Source: an uncultured Gammaproteobacteria bacterium (lineage in GTDB: Bacteria; Patescibacteriota; Patescibacteriia; UBA9934; CAZDDW01). From it: a DNA stretch of 64,000 bases. The stretch is from NCBI GenBank assembly GCA_965231015.1, contig OZ246408.1, forward strand, positions 19,755-83,754. Direction: 5' to 3'. How positions within the stretch are numbered: the first letter of the stretch is position 1; every line of letters starts with the position of its first letter. This document shows, one piece after another, positions 40,833 through 48,897 of the stretch. Below the pieces are notes generated by a model. The model was not told the DNA's origin and ran no database searches. It saw only the letters and a program-made list of their open reading frames with translations. The position numbers were made by a program, and so were the translations under genes.

Positions 40833-42806
40833 ATGCGTGCTCTTTTCAACATGTGTTGTGTTTTGAGTTTGGTCATCGCGCACACCGCGGCGGCCAGTAA
40901 CGATAACCCCTACGCGGTCACGAACTGGGACCGTTCGGCCTGCGAGAACAGGTTCGGAAACCAGATCTGGGACGACCGGTTGCAAGCTTGCGTCTGCAAC
41001 AACCGGCTCTACGAGCCGCGTGCAGACGCTTGCTTGAGCGAACGGACCTGGCTCGACTACCAGGCCGAGTTCGGCAAGACCGATCCGGTCGAAGTGGCTA
41101 CCGGCCGGCTGATCGCAGCGGAGCATCCGCAACCCTACCACGCGGACGCCGACGGCGACGGGTACAGCGACGAGTGGGACGAAGACGACACGAACCCGGA
41201 CGTCAACCCGGCCATTCCCGTCAGCCTCGTCTCCCATCCTTCCGAAGGAGGGGTTGGGGGAGGATCAGACAAACCCCGAACGAGCACCGCCCCGGGCCCC
41301 ACACGCGAGAACAACCTGCGTGACGCTTCGGTGAGCCAGGAAGAGCTCGACGAATCTGACCCTGCTCCGACTCCCGAAGAGGAGGCCGAGGCAAGCGAAG
41401 ATGTCGGGGAGGAAGTCAGTCTGGTGGATCTGCGAGCTGTGGCTGACGAGATCGCCGAGACGGAACGTCGCGAGCGCGAGGAAGAGCGTGAGCGAGTCGA
41501 GCAAGAGGCTCGTCGTGAAACCGAAGAGCTAGCCCAAGCCAAGGCCGATCAGGAAGCACGTGAAGCCGAGCGCCGGGCTGAACTAGAACGTCGTGAACGA
41601 GAGGCTGCTACCGCGGCCGAGGCCGAGCGAGCTGCCGAAGCGTCCAGTATCCTGGCCGCAAGAGCCGATGATCTCGAGCTCGATCCGGACGAGGACTACT
41701 TCGCCGACGAGGATGAGGACATGACCTTCGACCCCTCTGACGGACTGGAGCTCATCGGCTCGGAAGAGGTAGACGAGAAACTCGCAATCGATGAAGGGAT
41801 CGAGTACGAGTACGGTTACCGTTTCAGTGGATCCGATTCCGACGCTGATGCTTCGATCGATATCGACAGCGACAAGGACGGCGATGGTATCAGCAATCTG
41901 AACGACTTCTGTCAGGATGATCCCGGGATCCCCTCGGATGATCCATCCCTCAACGGCTGTCCAGAACACATGCACCCAGACGAAGACGCCGACGCCGAGG
42001 CCGTCAACTTCGAGGATCTGCCCGAGGTCGACGAGGACCCCCCCGAAAGCCCGGCCGAGCGCCAGGCGCGTCTCAAGACCGAGCGTGACGAGCGCCGCGA
42101 ACAGCAGCGCCTCGAGCGTGAGGCACTCAAAGAGGAGCGACGTCTCGAACGAGAAGCCGCCAAGGCTCGACGCGAACGCGAGCGCAAGCTCGACGACCAG
42201 GCCGACTGGCTATCGAGCTTGGTCTGGGAAAAGGGGTGTCTCTCCTACAAGAAGTACCGGGGAGACGAAACCCTTGACACGGATCGGGACGGCCTACCCG
42301 ACGATATGGACCTGTGCCCAGAGGACCCGGAAGACTTCGACAACTTCATCGATGCTTCCGGCTACCTGATGCCGCTCGACGGCTGTCCGGATCCGGAAAA
42401 CGGCTTCATCAAGCTGCACTGGGATCCGGAGAACCAGCGGTTCGATGACATCCGACCGGGTTTCAGCGAACGCTGGGATATGCTCGAGGGAGACTTCTGG
42501 TTCGAGGATGACGACAGCTACACCGAAGAAGCACTGGAGCTTCTGCGTGAGCTGGCACTCGTGCTCGAGGCCTATGACCTCAAGGTCGAGGTCAAGGGCC
42601 GGTCGCTGCACGGCGAAAACCCGGAAGAAAAACTCGAGTACCGCCACCTGGTCGGCCGTTGGGCCAAGGCCCTGGCCGCGGAACTCGAATCGCAATGCGT
42701 CGAGGCCGGCTATGCCGATTGCCCCGGCCGCATCTACTCGAGTAGCGCGACCGGGTACTCGGGCATCAAACACAACACCATCATCCTGGCGATCATGACC
42801 CACTAG
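40833..42806 (+). CDS. Secreted protein: same Cys-rich N-domain, E/R/A coiled coil, TSP3-like Asp repeats, degenerate OmpA-like C-domain
   Basis: SD AAAGGAGG; DKDGDGISNLNDFC...NGCP and DTDRDGLPDDMDLCPEDPEDFD...DGCPD; F.......ALELLRELALVL....KVEVKG. Confidence 0.75.
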   Translation: MRALFNMCCVLSLVIAHTAAASNDNPYAVTNWDRSACENRFGNQIWDDRLQACVCNNRLYEPRADACLSERTWLDYQAEFGKTDPVEVATGRLIAAEHPQPYHADADGDGYSDEWDEDDTNPDVNPAIPVSLVSHPSEGGVGGGSDKPRTSTAPGPTRENNLRDASVSQEELDESDPAPTPEEEAEASEDVGEEVSLVDLRAVADEIAETERREREEERERVEQEARRETEELAQAKADQEAREAERRAELERREREAATAAEAERAAEASSILAARADDLELDPDEDYFADEDEDMTFDPSDGLELIGSEEVDEKLAIDEGIEYEYGYRFSGSDSDADASIDIDSDKDGDGISNLNDFCQDDPGIPSDDPSLNGCPEHMHPDEDADAEAVNFEDLPEVDEDPPESPAERQARLKTERDERREQQRLEREALKEERRLEREAAKARRERERKLDDQADWLSSLVWEKGCLSYKKYRGDETLDTDRDGLPDDMDLCPEDPEDFDNFIDASGYLMPLDGCPDPENGFIKLHWDPENQRFDDIRPGFSERWDMLEGDFWFEDDDSYTEEALELLRELALVLEAYDLKVEVKGRSLHGENPEEKLEYRHLVGRWAKALAAELESQCVEAGYADCPGRIYSSSATGYSGIKHNTIILAIMTH

Positions 42807-42850
42807 ATCGCCGGGACCCACCTATCGGACCGGGACTCCCCCAAGCGGAG

Positions 42851-42866
42851 CCCGGTCTTTCCGTTT
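42851..42866 (+). repeat. 16-bp direct repeat CCCGGTCTTTCCGTTT, copy 1
   Basis: Identical 16-mer at 43350-43365. Confidence 0.8.
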
Positions 42867-42970
42867 TACCTACACAATCCATTTTCCTATTCGATCCAAT
42901 TAGAAAGTGGTTATCGAGACCGAAATATGCTATTTTAGAACTAGAATGATCGAGCTGAGGAGAGAATGGC

Positions 42971-42994
42971 ATGGAACCCATCGACGGACAATAG
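42971..42994 (+). CDS. Putative micropeptide MEPIDGQ
   Basis: GAGGAG 8 nt upstream; ATG GAA CCC ATC GAC GGA CAA TAG. Confidence 0.45.
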   Translation: MEPIDGQ

Positions 42995-43010
42995 ACAGTA
43001 GGAGGAACTC

Positions 43011-43034
43011 ATGATCCCCGAAGATGGCCAATAG
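43011..43034 (+). CDS. Putative micropeptide MIPEDGQ
   Basis: AGGAGG 5 nt upstream; ATG ATC CCC GAA GAT GGC CAA TAG. Confidence 0.5.
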   Translation: MIPEDGQ

Positions 43035-43108
43035 ACCAACCGCGCAGCGCCGTCACACGAGCAGAACATGCTCACACTCCGGTGGGCGCGTTCTGTTTGT
43101 AACAATTA

Positions 43109-43337
43109 CCGCCACTTCGAGCACGACGGAGATTAATGGACATTTTTGACCGGTTCCGACCGAAGGGGAGGAAGGACGAGGACTGTTTGAAGCCGAGCAG
43201 CTACCATAAACAACAAAAGACGCGAAGCAAGTCCCGCAGTCAAGGTTATAAAATGTTCATTACTTTACCTCCGGCGAGCGCAGAAAGGTGGCCGGTTTCT
43301 TTTTTCCGGTTTTCTTTGCCGGTCCAAAGAAAACTGG
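43109..43337 (+). repeat. Structured dispersed repeat (~225 nt), copy A
   Basis: Begins CCGCCACTTCGAGCACGACG, ends TTTTCTTTGCCGGTCCAAAGAAAACTGG; homologous to 50967 and 58067. Confidence 0.9.
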
Positions 43338-43349
43338 GTTGAATAAGAT

Positions 43350-43365
43350 CCCGGTCTTTCCGTTT
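43350..43365 (+). repeat. 16-bp direct repeat, copy 2
   Basis: Matches 42851-42866; overlaps the TTGACA of the rpsO promoter. Confidence 0.8.
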
Positions 43366-43483
43366 GACACAGTTTAATATCTATGCTATGTTTAGCGACA
43401 GATTAACAAATTGTTGGCGGTTTTCTTGGATCTCGGAGTCGAGTCCCAATATCTAGGATTTCCGTGACGTTAAACATAAAAAT

Positions 43484-43747
43484 ATGCTCGATGCTAAAAA
43501 GAAGCAGAGAATCATTGAAAAGTATCGGACTCATGAGTCCGACACCGGTTCTCCTCAAGTGCAGATTGCAATTCTAACAACTGAAGTTGCTGAACTGACC
43601 AAACACTTAAAGGACCACAAAAAAGACTTCTCGTCTCGTCGGGGACTGATTAAAAAGGTTTCCGAACGACGACGTTTACTTAAATACTTGGACCGTGAAG
43701 ACACCAAGGCTTGTGCCAAATTGAAAGAGGCTCTAAAACTAAAATAA
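43484..43747 (+). CDS. rpsO: 30S ribosomal protein S15
   Basis: [13 protein letters not shown]...[11 protein letters not shown]....RRRLLKYL. Confidence 0.97.
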   Translation: MLDAKKKQRIIEKYRTHESDTGSPQVQIAILTTEVAELTKHLKDHKKDFSSRRGLIKKVSERRRLLKYLDREDTKACAKLKEALKLK

Positions 43748-43784
43748 AATTCGGCCCGCCCGAAAGGGTGGGCTTTAAAAGTAT

Positions 43785-44330
43785 ATGATCTCAAGACCAG
43801 ACCAACGAGTAGCGGTGTTCATTGACACTCAAAACATGTACTACTCGGCTCGCAATGTACACAACCGAAAAGTAAATTTTGGCAACATAGTTCGCGATGC
43901 CGTGAGGGACCGAAAACTAATTCGAGCGATTGCTTATGTTGTGAGTACAAAAACAGGTGAAGAGGCTCCTTTTTTCGAAGCTTTGCAAAAATTGGGAATT
44001 GAAACCAAAGAAAAAGAATTAATGACTTACATCTCAGGCCTTAAAAAAGCTGACTGGGATGTAGGGATTGCCGTTGATGCCATTCGGATTCTAGATATGG
44101 TTGATGTGGTGGTACTGGTCTCAGGTGACGGTGACTTTATTCCGCTGGTTGAATATATCCAAAGCCGTGGACGGATCGTAGAAAGCATGTCTTTCCGTGA
44201 AACAACCAGTACCAAACTCACCGAAGCTGTAGACAGCTTCACCAATCTTTCCGATAACAAAAGAAAATACCTGATCACTGGCGGAGGCGCAAAAAAGACA
44301 ACCAAAAAAGAAAAAAACAGAAAGTCATAA
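43785..44330 (+). CDS. NYN/LabA-like PIN domain protein
   Basis: VAVFIDTQN, KKADWDVGIAVD, VSGDGDF. Confidence 0.9.
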   Translation: MISRPDQRVAVFIDTQNMYYSARNVHNRKVNFGNIVRDAVRDRKLIRAIAYVVSTKTGEEAPFFEALQKLGIETKEKELMTYISGLKKADWDVGIAVDAIRILDMVDVVVLVSGDGDFIPLVEYIQSRGRIVESMSFRETTSTKLTEAVDSFTNLSDNKRKYLITGGGAKKTTKKEKNRKS

Positions 44331-44385
44331 TCAAACGGAACCTTTACATCTTATAAATCCAATAACCATTAAAATTATTAATAAT

Positions 44386-44442
44386 GTCACGCTTGGACAA
44401 TGAGGCTCTTTTTATAAAGAGGGTCTTGAGCCCGAGCGTGAC
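44386..44442 (+). promoter_or_regulatory. Long hairpin in the pnp leader
   Basis: GTCACGCTTGG...CCGAGCGTGAC stem ending 12 nt before the pnp ATG; long leader duplexes mediate RNase III/PNPase autoregulation in E. coli. Confidence 0.5.
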
Positions 44443-44454
44443 TAAAACACGCAT

Positions 44455-46689
44455 ATGCCTACAATTGAACACTTTGAAATTGAGTGGGGTGGCAAGCCGT
44501 TAATTATTGAAACCGGCCGCTACGCCCACCAAGCCAATGCTGCTTGCACCGTGCAGTACGGAGGAACCTTGGTTTTGGCAACCGCTACCATGAGCAAAAA
44601 TAAACGCGAAGGAATCGACTGGCTTCCGCTTATGGTTGACTATGAAGAAAAACTATACGCCGCCGGTCGCATTAAGGGTTCACGCTTTATTAAGAAAGAG
44701 GGTCGACCTACTGATGAGGCAGTCTTGACTGGTCGTTCTATTGATCGAGGTATCCGACCGCTTTTTAATCAAGATATTCGCAATGAAATTCAAGTCATTG
44801 TAACGGTTCTTTCTTTTGATGGTGAAAATGATCCGGACATTCCGGGTATTGTGGCCGCTTGCACAGCCCTTCATATGTCCGATATCCCCTGGCAAGGACC
44901 TTTGGCCGGAATCCGAGTCGGACAAATTGATGGGGAGTGGGTCATTAACCCAAGTTATGAGGCTCGAGAAAAATCTGATATTGATTTAGCCTTTGCCGGG
45001 ACTAGTGAAAAAATACTAATGGTCGAGGCTGGAGCCGATGAGTGTGACGATGAAACCGTGGTTGGTGCTTTTGAATTTGGTCGCAAGCACCTCAAAAAGG
45101 TTATTGACTTAATGGAAGAAGTGAGAGCTAAGGCTGGTTCAGAAAAGGTTGATGTCATGAGTCCCACAACAGATGAAGAAGAAATTGCTCTGGAAGAACG
45201 AGAAAGAATTGTTGAGTTGGCGAAAGAATTTATTGCTAACAAAACCCAGGAATATTACTTTAGTGCTCCAAAAGCAAGCAAAAATGAACGTCGTGCCGCA
45301 ATGAATCAAATCACAGAAGAACTGGAAAAATACCTGATTGAGCAGGGGGTTGAGGAAGAAATGATTTCTTATGTCAAGGGAAAGATTTATGAACTGATTG
45401 AAGCCGAGGTTTCACGAGCCATTCTTGAGGAAAATAAAAGGGTGGACGGTCGAGCCATGGATGAAGTTCGTCAACTGGTCGTGGAAACGGGACTATTGCC
45501 TCGTGTTCATGGATCTGGCCACTTCATGCGCGGCGAAACTCAGGTTCTATCCATTATTACACTTGGTTCCCCGGGAGACGAACAAACTTTAGACGGCATG
45601 GAAACCGTGGGTACCAAACGCTACATGCACCACTATAACTTCCCACCATATTCTGTAGGTGAGGTTAAACCTATGCGTGGTCCTGGTCGGCGAGATATTG
45701 GACACGGAGCCCTGGCTGAAAAAGCCCTCATGCCGGTTATCCCTCATAAGGAGGATTTCCCATACGCCATTCGAGTGGTTAGCGAGGTCATGGGTTCAAA
45801 TGGCTCAAGCTCCATGGCTTCTACCTGTGGTTCAACCATTGCTCTTATGGACGCCGGGGTACCGATTAAAAAACCGGTTGCCGGTATTGCCATGGGGGTG
45901 GCTACCGAGGGTGACAAATGGAAGGTCTTTACTGATCTGCAGGATTTAGAAGACGGACCCGGTGGAATGGACTTCAAAATCACCGGAACACGTGACGGTA
46001 TTACAGCTATTCAAATGGACACCAAAACTCATGGTCTTGCCCACGATATTGTGGTAGAGACCTTTAAGATGGCCAAGCAAGCTCGCTTCCAAATTATTGA
46101 TGCGATTGAGGCCCAGATTAAAGCCCCTCGAAAGGAACTGTCTCCATATGCACCACGGATTATTTCCATGAAGATTAATCCGGAAAAAATCCGAGACGTG
46201 ATTGGCCCGGGTGGAAAAATGATCAATGAAATCATTGACACTACCGGGGTACATGCTATTGATATCGAAGATGATGGAATGATAATGATCACCTCGGTAG
46301 GGCAGGAACCGGCTGAAAAAGCACAGGAATGGATTGAAAACCTTACTAAAGAAGTTGAGGTTGGAGAAATCTACAAGGGTAAGGTGGTTAGATTAATGGA
46401 TTTTGGAGCCTTTGTTGAAGTTTTACCGGGTCAAGATGGTTTAGTGCATATCAGTGAACTTGCTCCGTGGCACGTTAACAAGGTCACCGACGTAGTTGAT
46501 GTTGGAGATGAGGTTTTTGTTAAAGCGATTGAAATTGATGACATGAATCGAACCAACCTTTCCATGAAACAAGCTCCTGGAAACGTTTATCAAGAACCAC
46601 CAAAGCAAAACGGCCGCCCAGACAACAAACCAAACAACAGCCGCGGCAATAATCACCGTAGCAAAGGACCACGTAGCCCTAAAAAATAG
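44455..46689 (+). CDS. pnp: Polyribonucleotide nucleotidyltransferase (PNPase)
   Basis: Two RNase PH domains (RVHGSG.F.RGETQ, SNGSSSMAS), KH (IGPGGK), S1 (FGAFVE..PG.DGLVHISE). Confidence 0.98.
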   Translation: MPTIEHFEIEWGGKPLIIETGRYAHQANAACTVQYGGTLVLATATMSKNKREGIDWLPLMVDYEEKLYAAGRIKGSRFIKKEGRPTDEAVLTGRSIDRGIRPLFNQDIRNEIQVIVTVLSFDGENDPDIPGIVAACTALHMSDIPWQGPLAGIRVGQIDGEWVINPSYEAREKSDIDLAFAGTSEKILMVEAGADECDDETVVGAFEFGRKHLKKVIDLMEEVRAKAGSEKVDVMSPTTDEEEIALEERERIVELAKEFIANKTQEYYFSAPKASKNERRAAMNQITEELEKYLIEQGVEEEMISYVKGKIYELIEAEVSRAILEENKRVDGRAMDEVRQLVVETGLLPRVHGSGHFMRGETQVLSIITLGSPGDEQTLDGMETVGTKRYMHHYNFPPYSVGEVKPMRGPGRRDIGHGALAEKALMPVIPHKEDFPYAIRVVSEVMGSNGSSSMASTCGSTIALMDAGVPIKKPVAGIAMGVATEGDKWKVFTDLQDLEDGPGGMDFKITGTRDGITAIQMDTKTHGLAHDIVVETFKMAKQARFQIIDAIEAQIKAPRKELSPYAPRIISMKINPEKIRDVIGPGGKMINEIIDTTGVHAIDIEDDGMIMITSVGQEPAEKAQEWIENLTKEVEVGEIYKGKVVRLMDFGAFVEVLPGQDGLVHISELAPWHVNKVTDVVDVGDEVFVKAIEIDDMNRTNLSMKQAPGNVYQEPPKQNGRPDNKPNNSRGNNHRSKGPRSPKK

Positions 46690-46693
46690 ACTC

Positions 46694-47917
46694 ATGCCCA
46701 AGCTGGCTATTCCTTTACATGATCATAAAACAGCTCGTCGATCCCGGCGGGCTGTTTGGAAAATAGTAGGAACAATATTTTTACTTGGTTTGGTTTGGCT
46801 GGCAAGCGAAACCATCTTCACCCGCAATACTTTTGCTAGATACACACCCAGAGAGACTTCTTATACTATATTAATAGAACTAAACCAAAACAATAGAAAC
46901 GAAATTATAGGTTTGATTGGTGAAATCCAACCATTGGTTGACCGCGGACTAACTATGGGCGAAGTTCTGCCTTATGCCAAGAGTTCGGTGGCCATTTTCT
47001 TGGGTCCATCTCAAAACACACTTGGAATTAACGTTAGTTTACCTGAAGAATTCAAACGAAAATGTCAGGCTCAGAACATTAATATCACTGAACCCATCAA
47101 AGGAGTCAGCTTGCTTTCTACAAACCCAATCGAGTTAGAACAGCTGGATTATAACCTGCGTTTGATCGACCAACTTGACCCTAGAGGTGTTGGTTATGTT
47201 ATTCATCACCAGACTGGTGAACACCGAGTGATGAGTATAAAGGAAAAAGCGTTCGGATATTCCATACAAACCAATGAACCATCAACAGACACAGTTCTAG
47301 CGAGCGTACCGAGTAAAGCAGGGTTGGCTCTGGCAATTGCTCCGGAACCTGAAACAATAAAAGTTGTAGAAGACATTTTTTCAAGCCTGGCAACAGACTT
47401 TGTTAAATCTATCTTACATGAACTAAAAAACCACGGAGGAACTGTTTACGCCAGTGATTTAACCTTAAACGAGGTAAGTTTCGAGATAAATCGAGCAATT
47501 CCTAAAGAAAACTTGATAAATATTCATAATTACTATGAAACCGGTCTTTCAGCAGATATCACGATCTATCAACTACCTGATAATACTTTAGTATACGAAA
47601 TATTACAGCTTAAGCCAGAAATAACAGGTACCTGGACCCAAGAAGGGGATTCGAGTTCATATGAAACCAAGCATTTGATGAGCATGGTGTCCTCTAATCA
47701 AACTACAATCACCAATCATAACCTTGACCTTGACCCAATCGACAATATTTGCTCAATTCAGCCATCAGCCTTGTTTTTTCCACAAAAAAGCCTTGAACCA
47801 GAATCCTTTCTTTATATTTCAGATAGTTTAGACATGTTTTTGAATTCAATGGAAAATTTTGTCGAGGTTGGTCTAGACAATTATGCTAAAAATCAGGTCA
47901 TAAGACTGTGTAAATGA
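46694..47917 (+). CDS. Hypothetical membrane-anchored protein
   Basis: 407-aa ORF with a single N-terminal TM, directly after pnp. Confidence 0.65.
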   Translation: MPKLAIPLHDHKTARRSRRAVWKIVGTIFLLGLVWLASETIFTRNTFARYTPRETSYTILIELNQNNRNEIIGLIGEIQPLVDRGLTMGEVLPYAKSSVAIFLGPSQNTLGINVSLPEEFKRKCQAQNINITEPIKGVSLLSTNPIELEQLDYNLRLIDQLDPRGVGYVIHHQTGEHRVMSIKEKAFGYSIQTNEPSTDTVLASVPSKAGLALAIAPEPETIKVVEDIFSSLATDFVKSILHELKNHGGTVYASDLTLNEVSFEINRAIPKENLINIHNYYETGLSADITIYQLPDNTLVYEILQLKPEITGTWTQEGDSSSYETKHLMSMVSSNQTTITNHNLDLDPIDNICSIQPSALFFPQKSLEPESFLYISDSLDMFLNSMENFVEVGLDNYAKNQVIRLCK

Positions 47918-47923
47918 TAATTC

Positions 47924-47984
47924 TGTGGATAAATTGCTGATATTATCCTCATTTATTCACAGTCGAACACAAAATTTATACACA
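47924..47984. promoter_or_regulatory. DnaA-box cluster
   Basis: TGTGGATAA (perfect, reverse), TTATCCTCA, TTATTCACA, TTATACACA. Confidence 0.55.
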
Positions 47985-48080
47985 ATAATAAATCAGTCTA
48001 AATATATAGGCTGTTTTTTGTCATAATTTAGCCTAATATCGTAGATTGACTTTTTCGGTATTTTATGGTATTATATGTAC

Positions 48081-48448
48081 ATACCCTTCAGAAGTTCTTT
48101 ACACACATTTCAGATTTCAGGGAGATTTTGCGAAAGTCCCCACACTTTCGCAAAACATCCCACACTTCTACTTCTTTGTTGCGCGTCCAAAAATAAAAAC
48201 AAAAGTAAAAGCACTCGGTCAGCTGACAACCAAACAACCGTCATATGGTTGCCGTCAGTAAGACCAAAAAGAGGTAGGAGCGTATATCTGTACTTGACCC
48301 AGGGTTCGCAATTCCGAGCGCGTGTAGTGCTGATTTATGTCAGTAGTACAGGCGCCCGGAAGAGCTTGAGCCTAAAAAATGGGTCTCTCACTAGAGGGAC
48401 ACCGCACAAAATCTCTTATAAGGGCGGCAAATGTCCCTCTTTTTTTTT
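48081..48448 (+). ncRNA. Candidate structured non-coding RNA, family unknown
   Basis: TTGACT-17-TATTAT promoter at 48046-48074, several helices, terminator AGAGGGACA...TGTCCCTCT plus T-run; no convincing ORF. Confidence 0.55.
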
Positions 48449-48522
48449 GCACAATTTTTACCTTGACAAAACAGTAATTCAGTACTAAAATGACATAACT
48501 AAGTCGATTTAACTTCAATCAT

Positions 48523-48897
48523 ATGGACCAGGATTTTGTAGACAAAATGAAGGAACAAATGCTGGAAGAAAAAAAACGTTTAGAAGAAGAGTTGTCACGT
48601 TTTGCTCATCGTAATAAAAAAGCCACACAAACCGATTATGATGCCGATTATGAAGATATGGGAGACAAAGAGGATGAAAACGCGGCTGAGGTGGCTCGTT
48701 ACTCAGATAATTTGTCACTTGAAAACGCTCTTGAAAAGGCTTTGCGTGATGTGGAAGCAGCATTGGAACGTGTCGACAAGGGTGATTATGGCGTGTGCAA
48801 ATATTGCAAATCTGAAATTTCTGAACAACGCCTGACCGCGCGACCGACTTCTTCGGCTTGCATACAATGTAAAAAGACCCTGACACAAGAGGTGTGA
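48523..48897 (+). CDS. TraR/DksA C4-type zinc finger protein
   Basis: Coiled coil with DEDENA, YGVCKYC..EI...RL.ARP....CIQC. Confidence 0.9.
   Translation: MDQDFVDKMKEQMLEEKKRLEEELSRFAHRNKKATQTDYDADYEDMGDKEDENAAEVARYSDNLSLENALEKALRDVEAALERVDKGDYGVCKYCKSEISEQRLTARPTSSACIQCKKTLTQEV

Noticed and set aside
43136-43342. ORF MDIFDRFRP..., also at 58025-58351
   Set aside because: Lies within the structured repeat; frames diverge between copies and substitutions follow base-pairing rather than codons.
48120-48160. RNase P RNA (GAAAGTCC motif)
   Set aside because: The motif lies inside a perfect local hairpin and no matching 3' P4 strand was found.
48390-48448. T-box riboswitch
   Set aside because: AGAGGGACACCGC lacks the UGGN bulge; the downstream gene has its own promoter and is not amino-acid related.
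48046-48488. ORFs of 71 and 137 aa
   Set aside because: They start within or at the promoter elements, one runs through the terminator, and neither has protein-like motifs.
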